NCBI RefSeq assembly: GCF_009914755.1
Contig: NC_060932.1
From: the human T2T-CHM13v2.0 reference genome, Homo sapiens
Direction: 5' to 3' (one strand)
DNA length: 64,000 bases
The translations under genes and the position numbers were made by a program. Of this stretch, positions 1 to 39,715 are shown in pieces. The notes under the pieces are model-generated. The model searched no databases and had not been told where the DNA came from. It saw only the letters and a program-made list of their open reading frames with translations. The number at the start of each line of letters is the position of its first letter. Position 1 is the stretch's first letter.

Positions 1-686
<686 letters not shown>

Positions 687-2103
687 CCGTCACTGATAAT
701 TTTTGAAAAGTTGAGCCTGGTCAAATTATCTTGTCTGGGTTAAATCGACATGACCTTCCATGAGTTTAACACACCATTATATGATATATAATCAATCTAA
801 TTATGAAAACTGATTAAGAAGTGATGCTACATAATAGCTTAGAGTTATTAAACCATTGACCAATGAGTCTTCTGCATTCCCTGCAAGACCACAAATTTTT
901 CAGCATTCTACATTTTGTTTTAAAGAATCTAATTTTCTGCTCAAGGTCAGAAAAATCCTGTGTTCATTAACTGGGATGGAGTAGGTCTTTGCTGAGTATT
1001 AAGAAATAAAAATGATCATTTAGCAGCTAGGAAAGAGGATAATCCATTGCTGAAAATAGTGCCCTCAATCAGCTTGGAAGGTTCACTATGGAAGAAAATG
1101 TACCCAGGCAAACATCCAGTGACTTACCACCTCGCCAGAATAGTCCTCCTCCTGATGTGTGTTTTGGACTCCATTCTTTTTATACCAAACACAGCCCTGC
1201 CTCACCCTCAAATTCTTTCTAGTAAATTATGCTTTGGTAGCATGACTTCAATCTACAACAAGGAAATATTAAAAGAACCACATGGCATTCATATTTATCA
1301 TAAGAATGTTGTAGAGGATGTTGGTCACTGCACAATACGATGTCTCCTACTAGACAGTAGAAATTATCTTTGGTTTCAGCCCCAGGGATAGTTGTACTTC
1401 CCCTTAGCAGCCTGTTTATTTTTAGATACACACCATGAACCATAGATTCTTGGCATTTGCAGATTTGATCTTTGCATGTTCAGCTATTCAAAAGAGACAT
1501 GTCAGTTGCTTAACTCACAACCACTGTAAAGCCAGGATGTGATATGAAACTCTTGCTAATGAGTGAACCTGACATCTCAGTGCACGTTAGGACAGCTTTG
1601 CTGTTCATCAACACGTGCTGAGGGACTGTCACTGTTCTTCGCCACACTGTCCTGTCTGATTCCACCATCCTCCTCGGGCTGGTTGCTAAAAAGCTCAAAG
1701 AGAGTTTTATGCCCCGCTTCTGACTGTATATTCTGGGCTCTAACCTCATCCTTCGTAACGATTCCATCCCAATGCAAATAAGTTAGAGTTTCTAGGTGCC
1801 CTTCCCAAGGGCCCAGTGGTCTGCACAGTGTCACTTCACCCTGAACAAGGTCACCTGGGAGCTGGGCTCAGCAACAGGACAAAACTGAGCGTCTCACCCC
1901 TGCTCAGAGCCACCTCACGAACAGAAATGTTCGCTTCATGGGAAGAGCTCCGTCTTGGTGGAAGAGAGAGATGAGGGATGAGGGAAAATAGGAGGAAGTG
2001 AAATACTCGCCTTTCTCCCACACTAGGAAAAGGGGTCACTTTCCTGGCAAATGAGGGAGAGGGCCAACTCCAAACATCGAGATTTGAGAATTACTTCTGG
2101 GCG

Positions 2104-2122
2104 TGTCCAGCAGAGGGCGCTC
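2104..2122 (+). promoter_or_regulatory. CTCF-binding motif
   Basis: TGTCCAGCAGAGGGCGCTC matches the CTCF core CCASYAGRKGGCRS essentially perfectly and lies in non-repetitive DNA. Motif only; no binding data. Confidence 0.65.
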
Positions 2123-3193
2123 TGGTATAAGTAGAAAGAACAGCAGAGTCAGCCACTCCTGGGGAAAATCCGGAGGTTTAGGTTGGTTGCCTCGCTAGCT
2201 CCAGAACTGGTATACAGGGGCTTGAGACAAGAATGGAAGCCCGAAGGAATTCAAAGGTATGCTTACATAGGAGGAGATAGCGTGCAATTGCCCAGAGAAA
2301 TCCTTGCAGCTTCAACAGCCCTTCCCAACAAGCCACCCCTTAGAACAGTCACCAAAAATACGTAAAATATTGCCAGCTATGAAGAATTCTTTTAGGCGGC
2401 GCCGTGACGCGCCTCGGGAACGGTCCTCGGCGCGCGCCGCTCTCTTACCCTCGGGCCTCAGAAGTCGGTGCCAGTGACCGGAGGCGACAGCGGCAGCGAG
2501 TGGGTCCTTGTGAGCTAGAAGAATCCTGCAAAAATGTCTCTCTATCCATCTCTTGAAGACTTGAAGGAAGACAATGTAACTCAGGCTCAAACTGCTTTTT
2601 CTGCAAACCCTGCCAACCCAGCAATTTTGTCAGAAGCTGCTGCTCCCATCTCTCAAGATGGAAATCTCTATCCCAAACTATATCCGGAGCTCTCTCAATA
2701 ATACATGGGCCTGAGTTGAAATGAAGAAGAAATACGTGCAAATGTGGCCGTGGTTTCTGGTGCATCAATTCAGAGGTAGTTGGTAGCAAGATCTTCCGGT
2801 ATGATCTGTATGGTGGTTCCTGTAACTGAAAATGATGCTGGAATTCGTAGAGCAGAAATTAAACAAGGGATTCGCGAAGTCATTTTGTGTAAGGATCAAG
2901 ATGGAAAAATTGGACTCAGGCTTAAATCAATAGATAATGATATATTTGTTCAGCTAGTCCAGGCTAATTCTCCAGCCTCATTGGTTGGTCTGAGATTTGG
3001 GGACCAAGTACTCCAGATCAGTGGTGAAAACTGCCGGGTGGAGCTCTGATAAAGCGCACAAGGTGCTCAAACAGGCTTTTGGAGAGAAGATTACCATGAC
3101 ATGACAATTCGTGACAGGCCCTTTGAACGGACGATTACCAAGCATAAGGATAGCACTGGACATGTTGGTTTTATCTTTAAAAATGGAAAAATA

Positions 3194-3670
<477 letters not shown>

Positions 3671-3692
3671 GGAAAAATAACGTCCACAGTGA

Positions 3693-4160
<468 letters not shown>

Positions 4161-4630
4161 GTGAGCATATTATTAAGCGGATGGCACCAAGCATTATGAA
4201 AAGCCTAATGGATCACACCATTCCTGAGGTTTAAAATTCACGGCACCACGGAAATGTAGCTCCAGTTTCCTTCTTTGGCAACTTCTGTATTATGCACATG
4301 AAGCTTTCCTGGAGCCAGCAAGCATATGCATGAGGACCTTTCTATCTTACATTATGGCTGGGAATCTTACTGTTTCATGTGATACCTTGTTCAGATTTCA
4401 AAATAGTTGTAGACTTATCCTGGTTTAACAGATGTGAAATTTTCAAGAGATTACTGACATTCCTAGAATAGTTTCTCTACTGGAAACCTGATGCTTTTAT
4501 AAGCCATTGTGATTAGGATGACTGATACAGGCTTAGCTTTGCATGAGAACCAGTACCTTTCTCCTAGGTAGTGAGTAGTGCTATTCATATTACTTTAGTT
4601 CTATAGCATACTTCCATTTTTAACATGCTA

Positions 4631-4999
<369 letters not shown>

Positions 5000-5380
5000 T
5001 CACTATATATTTAATGTAAAAATTATTACCCTAAACCAGGATAAACTTTTGACTCCTCTTTTGTTCATTTGTGGATTAAGTGGTATAATACTTAATTATG
5101 GTATTTGATTCTTAAGATTATGTAACCTAGCTACTTTGGGATGAACTTAGAGTATTTTTCTGGTAATTTGTTTCATATCCTGACTCCTTTTGCAAACAAA
5201 ATGGTAGTGATGCTTTATCCCGATTTTTTTCTTCTTTTTGGTTTATACCTATTCTATTTTAATTAAATATGTATACATAAAAATTTTTTTAAAGAATTAT
5301 TTTATAAATAATTTTCCCCAACATGTCCCATTATACCATCCTTCCATACTTCAGGCATTCACTTAATAAGCTCATTTTAA

Positions 5381-5679
5381 GGCCGGGTGTGGTGGCTTAT
5401 GCCTGTAATCCCAACACTTTGAGAGGCCGAGGCAGGCAGATCACCTGAGGTTGGGAGTTCGAGACCACCCTGACCAACGTGGAGAAACCCCGTCTCTACT
5501 AAAAATACAAAATTAGCTGGGTATGGTGGCCTGTAATCCCAGCTGCTCTGGAGGCTGAGACAGGAGAATCGCTTGAACCCAGGAGGCACAGGTTGCGGTG
5601 AGCTGGAGATCGCGCCATTGCACTCCAGCTTGGGTAACAACAGCTAAACTCCGTCTCAAAAAAAAAAAAAAAAAAAAAA
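5381..5679 (+). mobile_element. AluS (Sp/Sq-like)
   Basis: Full-length Alu with polyA. Confidence 0.9.
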
Positions 5680-5902
5680 GATGGTCCTGATGTCACATCC
5701 CATAGGCACACGACCTCACAGCCTTCTCTGTCACTCCTAGGTCTCTTAGGCTACACATTTTTCCTCAGCAAAACCACTAGTTATCAGCCCCCTTTGAATA
5801 TTAATAATAGTAATTTTCAGATGGCCTTAAATGAATGTCTAATACCTTTGTGCTGAAAGCCAAGCCTATTGATAGGAAAATGCTGAACATCTGTTTTCTA
5901 CA

Positions 5903-5921
5903 AATCCTGTAGGTGGCACCC
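5903..5921 (+). promoter_or_regulatory. Possible second CTCF motif
   Basis: AATCCTGTAGGTGGCACCC resembles the CTCF core (AGGTGGCA); weaker than the 2104 site. Confidence 0.3.
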
Positions 5922-6219
5922 GTGTACTGGTTTCAACTGAAAGAACGCGTTGACCTTTCAGGAATCATACTAGGCACAGATGCATCTTACATAATGACTC
6001 CTTTTATTCTAAGTAAGAGAGAAAGAATATAGCCTCACTCCCTATGCCTTCATCTAAAAATTCTCCCCTTAACAAGACTTGTATCCATCTGGAGCAGACC
6101 TAACCCATGCCACCGCAGAAGTGCCAGCTCCCAGGCACCTCTCTAAGGCCAAAAAGCCATGTGACCTTGAGCAGGCTCTCTTACGGTCCCTGCTTTCTCA
6201 TCTAGAAAATAAGAAGGGT

Positions 6220-6926
<707 letters not shown>

Positions 6927-7335
6927 TCAGAGTTGAAAGGGACTATGAGGGGAATCCAGCTCAAAAAGCCATTCTGCTCTTGGAAATTTTCTGCCATATC
7001 TCTCCCAGAAAATTGTGACTCCAGGAGTCATCAGTCCATTACATCACACAACAACCCATACTGTGTGGGCTTCCAAGCCTCGGCCCTAATCCTACACCCT
7101 CAGGTAAGCCTTACCCCTGCTCCAAGGGCCACTTTCTATATTCACACACTCAAGCACACACACACCCAGTTTGTCTTTGTCCCTTTAAACTCTACTACCT
7201 AGAAGTGAGTGAAACGCTTCAGGTAAAGTTTAACTAAAGTGGAGTAGAACAGAACCGTCAACTTCCTTGTTCAAAATATGTACTTTTATTTCAAATTATT
7301 AGTAAGCTCCTAAACAACTCAAACCAACTAAAACC

Positions 7336-8880
<1,545 letters not shown>

Positions 8881-9151
8881 CAAATTATTCAAATTAGCTG
8901 CCAGTCTGTGAGTCTTTCTCATGCAAATTTGTCCAGTTGGGTTTTCAGAGTCCATTGTAGAATCTTATACTATTTCCTTTACATTTCTATTTCTTAGATC
9001 TCACCTATCATTCTAGCCAGGCAATATGATCTGATCTTTCAGAATTATGATGCCATACATTTACAACCCCCTTCAACTTCATGTTATTTACAATTTGATA
9101 AGTAGACTTTATTTATATTCATCCAAGTCTTTGATTAAAATGTTGACAAGA

Positions 9152-9985
<834 letters not shown>

Positions 9986-10079
9986 GTGACAAAGTCAAGG
10001 GTAAAGACATTACTATAAATCATTTTTCATGTTAAAAGTGAGCCATTTATTAAGGATTATTCTGTTGGATTTTTTGTGG

Positions 10080-10383
10080 GTTTTTGTTTGTTTGTTTGTT
10101 TTGAAATGGTCTTACTCTGTCGACCAAGCTGCAGTGCAGTGGTGTGATCTTAGCTCCCTGCAGCCTTGACCTCCCCAGGCTCAGGTGGTCCTCCCTTCTC
10201 AGCCTCCCAAGTAGCTGGGACTACAGGCACGCACCACCATGTCCAGCTACCTTTTGTATTTTTTGTAGAAACTGGATTTTGCCATGTTGCCCAGGCTGGT
10301 CTCGAACTCCTGAGCTAAAGCAGTCCTCCAGCCTTGGCCTCCCAAAGTGTTAGGATTACAGGCGTGAGCCACCGCACCTAGCC
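10080..10383 (-). mobile_element. AluJ
   Basis: Reverse Alu with (TTTG)n tail. Confidence 0.88.
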
Positions 10384-10914
10384 CTACGTTCCATTTTCAA
10401 AACACTTAAATTGTTAAGGAATCCTTCCTTGTGTTAAGTGGAAATCTGCCTCCTTACAACTTCGACTCTGGTCTTATTTCTACCCTCTGAGTTCAACCTA
10501 ATTCTTCTTTCACATAATAGTTATGTATCTAGGCCGTAAGTGCCACCTTAATTCCATTCACATCCAGACTATCCCTGACACTTTCCTTCTTCATTTGGCA
10601 TGGTTTTCAATCTCTTCGCCACCCTGGATGCCCATCTCCAACACACTCTAATGAGCTCATCAATGTCCTTCCAAAAAATGCAGACCCGGTACTGAGCACA
10701 GGATTCCTGCGATGCATGGCCTCTTTTCTTCCTGAAACTATACTTCCTCTAACATAGTATAATGATGTGAGGCAGTCACATTACACTGTTGACACATTCA
10801 GAACTTGCCATCTACTAAAATGCATAGATGATTTCATGAATTGATATTTACTACATATGTACCACCAGCCATCTATGACAGGCAATGCCACTCAATGTGT
10901 CACATTGTTCCCTG

Positions 10915-11627
<713 letters not shown>

Positions 11628-11982
11628 CTCAAAAGTTAGAAGTATTCTCAGGTTCCTTCTCAACACAATCTTCAATCAGCCACTGACAGCTGACACACAG
11701 ATAAAGCCTATTTGACACCTAAGTGCCAAGTTATTAATATTTCTACCCCCCCATACTTCTGCAGCTGATTTTTTTCTGACAAATCAAGGGCCTTGACATT
11801 TATCCTCGATTGCATTTAGTAATACTTGATTTGGCCCATCAAGTCCACTTTTATTTTTTATTGTCTGCACGACATAGTGCTTAACAGAACATCTATGACT
11901 CGGCTCAAATGTTTCCCTTCTTCATCTTAGTTTGCTTTTATTATTGCTCCCTAATGGTTACTGGACACTATCTATTTTATCA

Positions 11983-12500
<518 letters not shown>

Positions 12501-13899
12501 GAGGCCATTAGGGCATTAGGGCTAGGGAAGAGGACCTGAATCCTTCAACAGCATAAACTGGTACAAGCTTTAGTTCTCCCCTGTGGGTCTATGGGATGCA
12601 CAGCTGGAGGAGTACTGAAAGGACTGTTCTGTTTTTGAACTTCTACACCACAGTCTACACACACAATAGGCAAAGACAAACAAAGAATCACAATATCTTA
12701 TCCGCAGGTACCCATAAAATTGACAACTGAGGCTCAATGTTCAGTAATGTGGTTCTTCTTAGAAGCAAACAAGATCTTTTGGGAAAGTTGTATTTCAGCT
12801 CCCTGGCAAGGGGAAAGTCTTTGGTCCTTGAAGAAGTGTTTCAATCAAATGTTATCCTACTGGCTAAATATATAGATTTTTACATACCTAGCTGAACTTC
12901 AGTATTATACGACTCCCTCACAAAGATCTGAATGTGTAAGCAGATGTGAGTCACCAAGCACCCTAGCTTACCCACAGACATGCAAACCTAGGAAACAGAA
13001 TATTGCTCTAGAAAACATTTTAGGAAACAGAATATGATTTACATAACTCCTTCATCTCTCCTGTCCTTTATCCAGCCACCGTATTATTGGGGACATGATA
13101 CTCTGCTAGACAGTCTATACTCTAATTGAAATTACCCAAAGACAACAGTGTGATGAAGTGGTTTGAGCATAGAAGCTGCAAGGAGAGATCCATTTTCCAA
13201 TCCAACTAGGAGGTTAATGATTATATGTCACTTTGGAAAATCATCACCTCTTTGTTGAAATGAAAACTAAAGTCCAAATGCATGTTGCTTTGTGTTGGGT
13301 CAGACCCTCTAACCTTTAGGAAGAGAGGTCAAGGCCTCCTTCCCTCCTGTATTCCCAACCCTACAGAGAAGTTCTGATAAAGGACAAAATCCTGTCTACC
13401 AGATGCATAATTTAGTAACATTACTGGAGGGTAGAACTTTCTATGGGAGCAGAAACAGTGCTCAAAAGGCCCTGCCACCCAATAAAACAAGTGCAAGAAA
13501 GAGGGGCTTTAGGGACCCTTCAGCTTGTGAGGTGCTCTCACCTCTAACAGGCCCAGCAGGACCCCCGCGGGGCCCAGGTTAGAGGAAGCAAGCCCAGAAC
13601 CAACGGATTCCAGCTGTTTCTTCTCTGGGCCTTGAGACAGGAGGAAGAAAGTCTGAGGTTTCCATGCTGTCCCCCAAAGCTTCTCAGTAGGAGAAACCTG
13701 ACAGGGGTTTGGGACAAGTTTTTAACAGGAATTAAAAAGAAGAATATTGCCTACAGGCACCAACATCTCAGTAGAAGCTGAGAAAGGGGCTTGGACTGTG
13801 GGAGTACAGAAACCCATCTTCCAAAATGAGGGCCAATCTGGAACCAGTGGTCCACTGCAGTGAAAGGTAGCATCCTGGAGTGGGGTGGGCTGCTTTCCC

Positions 13900-14080
13900 A
13901 TCTCGGTTCGGCTTTGCACCAGCTGTGTGACCTTGAGCCTCAGCTCCCTCATCTGTAAAATTGGGGTCAATAATAGTATTCACCTCAGAGGGGTGAGACT
14001 GAAAACGTTTGAAGCACAGAAAGAGATTAGCAAGAAGTCGGCAGCAAAGTAAGTGCTCCATCATATTAGCCATTGTGATT
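13900..14080 (+). mobile_element. MIR SINE
   Basis: 'agctgtgtgaccttgagcctcag...ctcatctgtaaaattgggg...ataatagta' MIR core. Confidence 0.75.
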
Positions 14081-14375
14081 CTAATGAAGCTTTTGAAGCT
14101 GAGGTTAGAACACGCCAATTTGGTGTCAGCATAATCGGAGCCCTGGATTCATATTATAAAGACCTACATGGAGCCTCAGAAAGGTGAGCATTAGACAAAG
14201 AACACCTGGGGCAGTCCCCTGAGAGAATATTTAATACTTGAGGAAGCTTCTGGGTGAGGACTTATTGGTCCCATCAGCATCCACCTCCACCCCCAGCAGC
14301 AGCAGCAATTCAGAACCAAGAATGAAATAAATACTAGGCTCAGTGTTAACAAAGGTACAAGAAAATGTAAAAAGA

Positions 14376-15987
<1,612 letters not shown>

Positions 15988-16037
15988 TCAAATTTGGGTT
16001 TGATTGCTTTCTCTACTACGAGGGAAAAAAGACCAAA

Positions 16038-16083
16038 ATGAATGAATGAATGAATGAATGAATGAATGAAAGACTGAATGAAT
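16038..16083 (+). repeat. (TGAA)n microsatellite
   Basis: Direct tandem AATG/TGAA repeats (typical L2 3' tail motif). Confidence 0.9.
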
Positions 16084-16637
16084 CTCAGAGTCTATAATTC
16101 CTGCTTTGGGGAGGAGGATTTTTTAGGTGCAATTCAAATTGGAAGCTGCTCTGTGCTAGTATCCAAAAGTTGAGCAGTATCCCCATTGCATCCCCACCGA
16201 CACAAGCACCTGGCTCACAGGGACTCTGAGAGTGACAGATGAGAGAGCTGCCGACAGTGCAGTGAGGCGCCTACCCTCCCAGGATGAAGTGGGGACTTCC
16301 AAAAGTGAGCGAACCTCAACTCTTCAGAGCTCTGAGCAACTGCAGAGAGAGACCTAGTGTTTCCGTGGTTGGTATCCATCTGGTGCCTATCATCAGGGAG
16401 CGGCAGAGAAAGAGCCAGAAAAGAACCAGGGCAGCCACAGGGTTCCGGGTGTGACAGATGAAGACATCTCCTGACATGCCCAGTCCAGGGCCCCACAGCT
16501 GCCTCAGGATGAATTAGGGCTTAATACCAAAGCCACACAACACGGTGTTTGTGATATATTTACTCACGCTTAAGCCAGTGGTTTCAGAAAACAGAAGTCT
16601 CACTTCATTGTGTAGTTCAGCCATTCTCAGAAAATAC

Positions 16638-23161
<6,524 letters not shown>

Positions 23162-23295
23162 CTAATAGTCTTTGTATTCCATTTTATTAGTGAGAAAAAA
23201 ACAGAATGGGAGTATAAAATCAAACAACATCAGAGCGGGGAGGGTGGAGGAGAGATTGCAGCAACAGAGAAATATATTATTATTTACACACTTGC

Positions 23296-23304
23296 ACACA
23301 CACA

Positions 23305-23336
<32 letters not shown>
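23296..23336 (+). repeat. (CA)n microsatellite
   Basis: Direct CA repeat. Confidence 0.92.
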
Positions 23337-23399
23337 GTGAGACTACCAGAGGAAAAAGTGTCACATTTAAGGGCGCTGTTAATGGCAAAGAATGGCCAT

Positions 23400-25727
<2,328 letters not shown>

Positions 25728-25829
25728 TTATATGTACAGACATCTAAAAATCTTCATGATATATATTGGATCTTTTTTTCCCCCCCAGGACCAAGACTTT
25801 CCAGGAAAAAAAAAAGGTGCAAAATAATT

Positions 25830-26940
<1,111 letters not shown>

Positions 26941-26990
26941 TAAGAGTGTTAAGCAGGCTACTTTTTGTGTAATAAAGGAGATAAATAATA

Positions 26991-30219
<3,229 letters not shown>

Positions 30220-30224
30220 TTATT

Positions 30225-36309
<6,085 letters not shown>

Positions 36310-36310
<1 letters not shown>

Positions 36311-39300
36311 GCATGAAGGGGGATAGGATGAAGGCCTTCTGGCCTTGGCCCCGCAGAAAGCTAAGAAAAGATCCCTGTTCACACACTTTATGAACCCATT
36401 AGAAAACATAATATGTACAAGAAAAACGTCATTGAGATTCACTTCACCTTAAAAATAACAGATAAAATTACTGCCCCATAGTTATGATTGCCAAAGGTGA
36501 CAAAAGTAGAAAATAGACTTCTTGAAATTTTCTCCTGTAAATTTAAGACATTGTTTGATGTTTACCTTGTGTGTTTACATAAAGTAACAGAAAGATAAAT
36601 TGTGGATGACTATACTATATCTGGTACACTGTAATTATGTTCAGAAAATAGAAAAATAATTGATGTATGACTATCTAAAAAGGAATACACTATCTAAGTG
36701 TTTCACTTAACTCAGTTTACCTGCTCCCAATCAAACTAGCAAGTGGTACAATTCTGTGTTTCACCCAGTGCTTTTTATTTATTTTTCTCTCCCCTCCCCT
36801 CATGCAGTGCTTTTTAAACTAAAGAATATATTGCAACTCAATAAATACACATTTACAACCCCACATACACTTCTATTTTTTTCTCGATGGCTTTATTACT
36901 TGAATGACTAGTAATGTAAGTTAAAGATTTTTTAATTGCTTCTTTTTCTTGCATATTTATTTGCATTCCTAAATTTACTTAACAAAAGGTTTTCTTATTT
37001 ACATAGATCAATCTTGAGTGCAAAGCCTATAGAATATACTTGCAAGAAGACAATGGCTCTGCAGGGTTAAGGTATTAGAGCCTAAGTACCTTTCATTGTT
37101 TAAAACATGGGCTAAGTGCTTCGTTTTAACCTAAATAGAGACCCCTTTTAGCACAAAGAGCCAAAGTGAGTCATGGGTCCCTGCCTCATCTTTGCACGAT
37201 TACAATGAGGCATAAAACTCTGAAAACCTTTAAAGGTTTTAAAAGCTTGCTCCCTCCACGCCCCCAACCCCCCATCATCACTTCCCAAATCATCAGTGTC
37301 ACTCACTGCTAACCTCATCGCAGCAACTGCAATTATTTTAACACGTACTAATTAGGTTTATTAGGTCTTGGAGTTTGGGCCAGGTCTTTCCTAAAGGGGA
37401 AGACAAGTCCAGTCTGTAGATTACTAACTAGCTGGGTCTATATGCCATAAAGTCCATTCTGACCTTTTTATTTTTTCATGAGACATTGATCAATGAATGG
37501 ATTGATAGGACCACAAGGAAACGTGAAGCATTTGTGTGTGCAATACTTTTTCCTCTAAAAGAATGATTACCTGACAGATTCTATTGAATGCCAAAATCTA
37601 ACATAAATTTTATTCTTAAACAGGTGCAGCTTAATACAGTAGCTGTAAAATAAACATTTTTATAAGTCCACAGAGAGAAAGCCTGAGAAAGCATAGCATG
37701 AACTCAAGATTCACTGGTTACAACTCCCAATTAATTTTCCAGGAAAAATAGTCATTTATTCACACTCTACCTTAGTTTTCTGATGAAAATGGAAATGGAA
37801 GAGCTAATCTGATCCAATACTGGGGGGAGTGGGTAGGTAGGTTATTTTACACATATTTCTGTAGTATTTGGGTTTGTATAATGAGCACATAGTAAAACAA
37901 TTTTTTTAATTATTTTGAAAATTGACAAAATATTGACCATCATTTTTTTTTTCAGTGAAGAAAAAGGCATGCAGACAGGATGCAGGTTATTCTTTCAATG
38001 TATCTATTCAGCCAAGATTGTCCTTACTGTTTGCCTCTTACAAAATTTTTCTGAGGCACAGCTTCCCAGATACCTAATTTTTCATTTCATTTCCTGGCAT
38101 CCCACCCCTCTGCCCTCCAAAATGTTATACTAGACAGAAAACTTCATTTTTGAATTCTTTTCCTGCAGCATGTACAAAGCAGAATCTTAGAGACTCATCT
38201 CTGACATTAATGAATAAAAATTAAGTGTATAAGTCTCTTGAAAAAAAAGACTAAAAAAGAAGCATCTTTGAAAACAGAACTTTAGTTTTATTGAATTTTT
38301 TCTTTAATTCAGATTGCCTTTGCTTAGTTCTTGCAAGTTTAATTTACATCAAAATTTCCTGTTTGACTGTTCATTATATTTACCCAATATTTACACAAAG
38401 ACTCCTTAGAAAGTACTGACAACATAGCTGTCAATTTGTTGCTGTCAATTAACGTGAATCTCTAATACTTTTTTCTCCCTGTGTAATGCATTCAAACTTT
38501 TCTGCCTAAAGATCTTGAAAAGAACATTTGGTCTTTCCCTTTCATTAAATTATTTTATTTTTGGACAGTTTGCACCCTTAACCCCATGAAACAGTGATTA
38601 AAATTTGCATAAATTCTCCTTCTCTATTCCCCTTGCCCACCAACCAGAGCTGTGCATTCTAATGTTCTTCACAGGTCCTCGGCAGTGAATGAAAATATTT
38701 ATCTATAAATGCATATGAGGTTACCACAAGCTCTCTTGATGAGATTTACATTCCAAGAAGCCAGACATCTTAGAAAGTAGAATCAACATAACAATGCACT
38801 GAAACTGCAGGATTCCACAAATAAATTGCTGATAAATGTTGGTAACCCGTTTTCACTCTGCACTGTTTTTCATGAAAGTTATTTTAATTGCTTGCATACA
38901 CACACACAGAGAGAAGGCTATGCTAGAGTAAATTAGTGTTTTGTCCCTTGCCAGAAGGAAGCTAAGAAGCTAAAAGATAATGAGTTTTATTAACTCTCAT
39001 AATGTCTGCAAAGTAGTACAGCATCAAAGTATTGGATCCCATTTTAGTCACTCCCCAAAGACCTACTTACAGGAGCAAACGCATCAATACCTAATTGATC
39101 AGCAAAATGCCGGCTGATGCACTCTGCTTCCAGTTACTAGCTTAGTTCTTGCACCATTCCCACACACTGTAATGAACCTACCAAACACACACACTGCACT
39201 GTGTCGGAGTCAGCAAGATCTGTTCCCAAAGTTTCCTCAGAGCTCATTTGTTTGGAATTAGAATAACTTTTTCCATAGAAACTATGTTACAGAAAAAAAA

Positions 39301-39715
39301 AAAAAAAAAAAGAAGAAACTATGTTAAAATAGTTGTGAAGTTCTCTGGCCAGGACACAAAAGCTTTCACAGTCATTCTGCTAATTTGCAATGGAAAAAAA
39401 AAAAAGACTAGAAAGCAAAATGAAATTAAACAAAACTGTAAAAATAAAAGGATAAGAAATTGGTGTATTCATCCGTAATTCCAGTGCTTGAGAAAAGCAG
39501 ATTTAATTAGAGACTGTTACGGGCTTGTTCAGGAGGTTTGCAGGCAGGCGTGATTTCTTTCCTATCGAGTGTCCTTTAGCTAGTGTATGTAATTGAGAAG
39601 GATAGCTCACCATTTCCTTGACACTGACGTAGCACTATTCTTATCATCTCAGTCGTGATGCCTAAATCCCTTCACAGCTAGATAACTCACTTTCAGATGA
39701 AGCCACTGGACAGAT
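36310..39715. promoter_or_regulatory. Candidate enhancer-like unique AT-rich region
   Basis: 3.4 kb with no recognisable repeat. Contains AP-1 TGAGTCA (37167-37173), MEIS CTGTCA twice (38427-38450), octamer ATTTGCATAA (38603-38612) and TAATTA motifs. Confidence 0.35.

Noticed and set aside
1047-1834. Overlapping 72-114 aa ORFs in unique DNA, with a minus-strand GT donor-like site (GACTTACC ~1121)
   Set aside because: No recognisable protein similarity and no supporting exon chain
39090-39170. Patchy resemblance to Y RNA (ctaattgatca...ccagttac...cccac)
   Set aside because: Lacks the GGCTGGTCCG 5' stem and needs a large gap; likely chance
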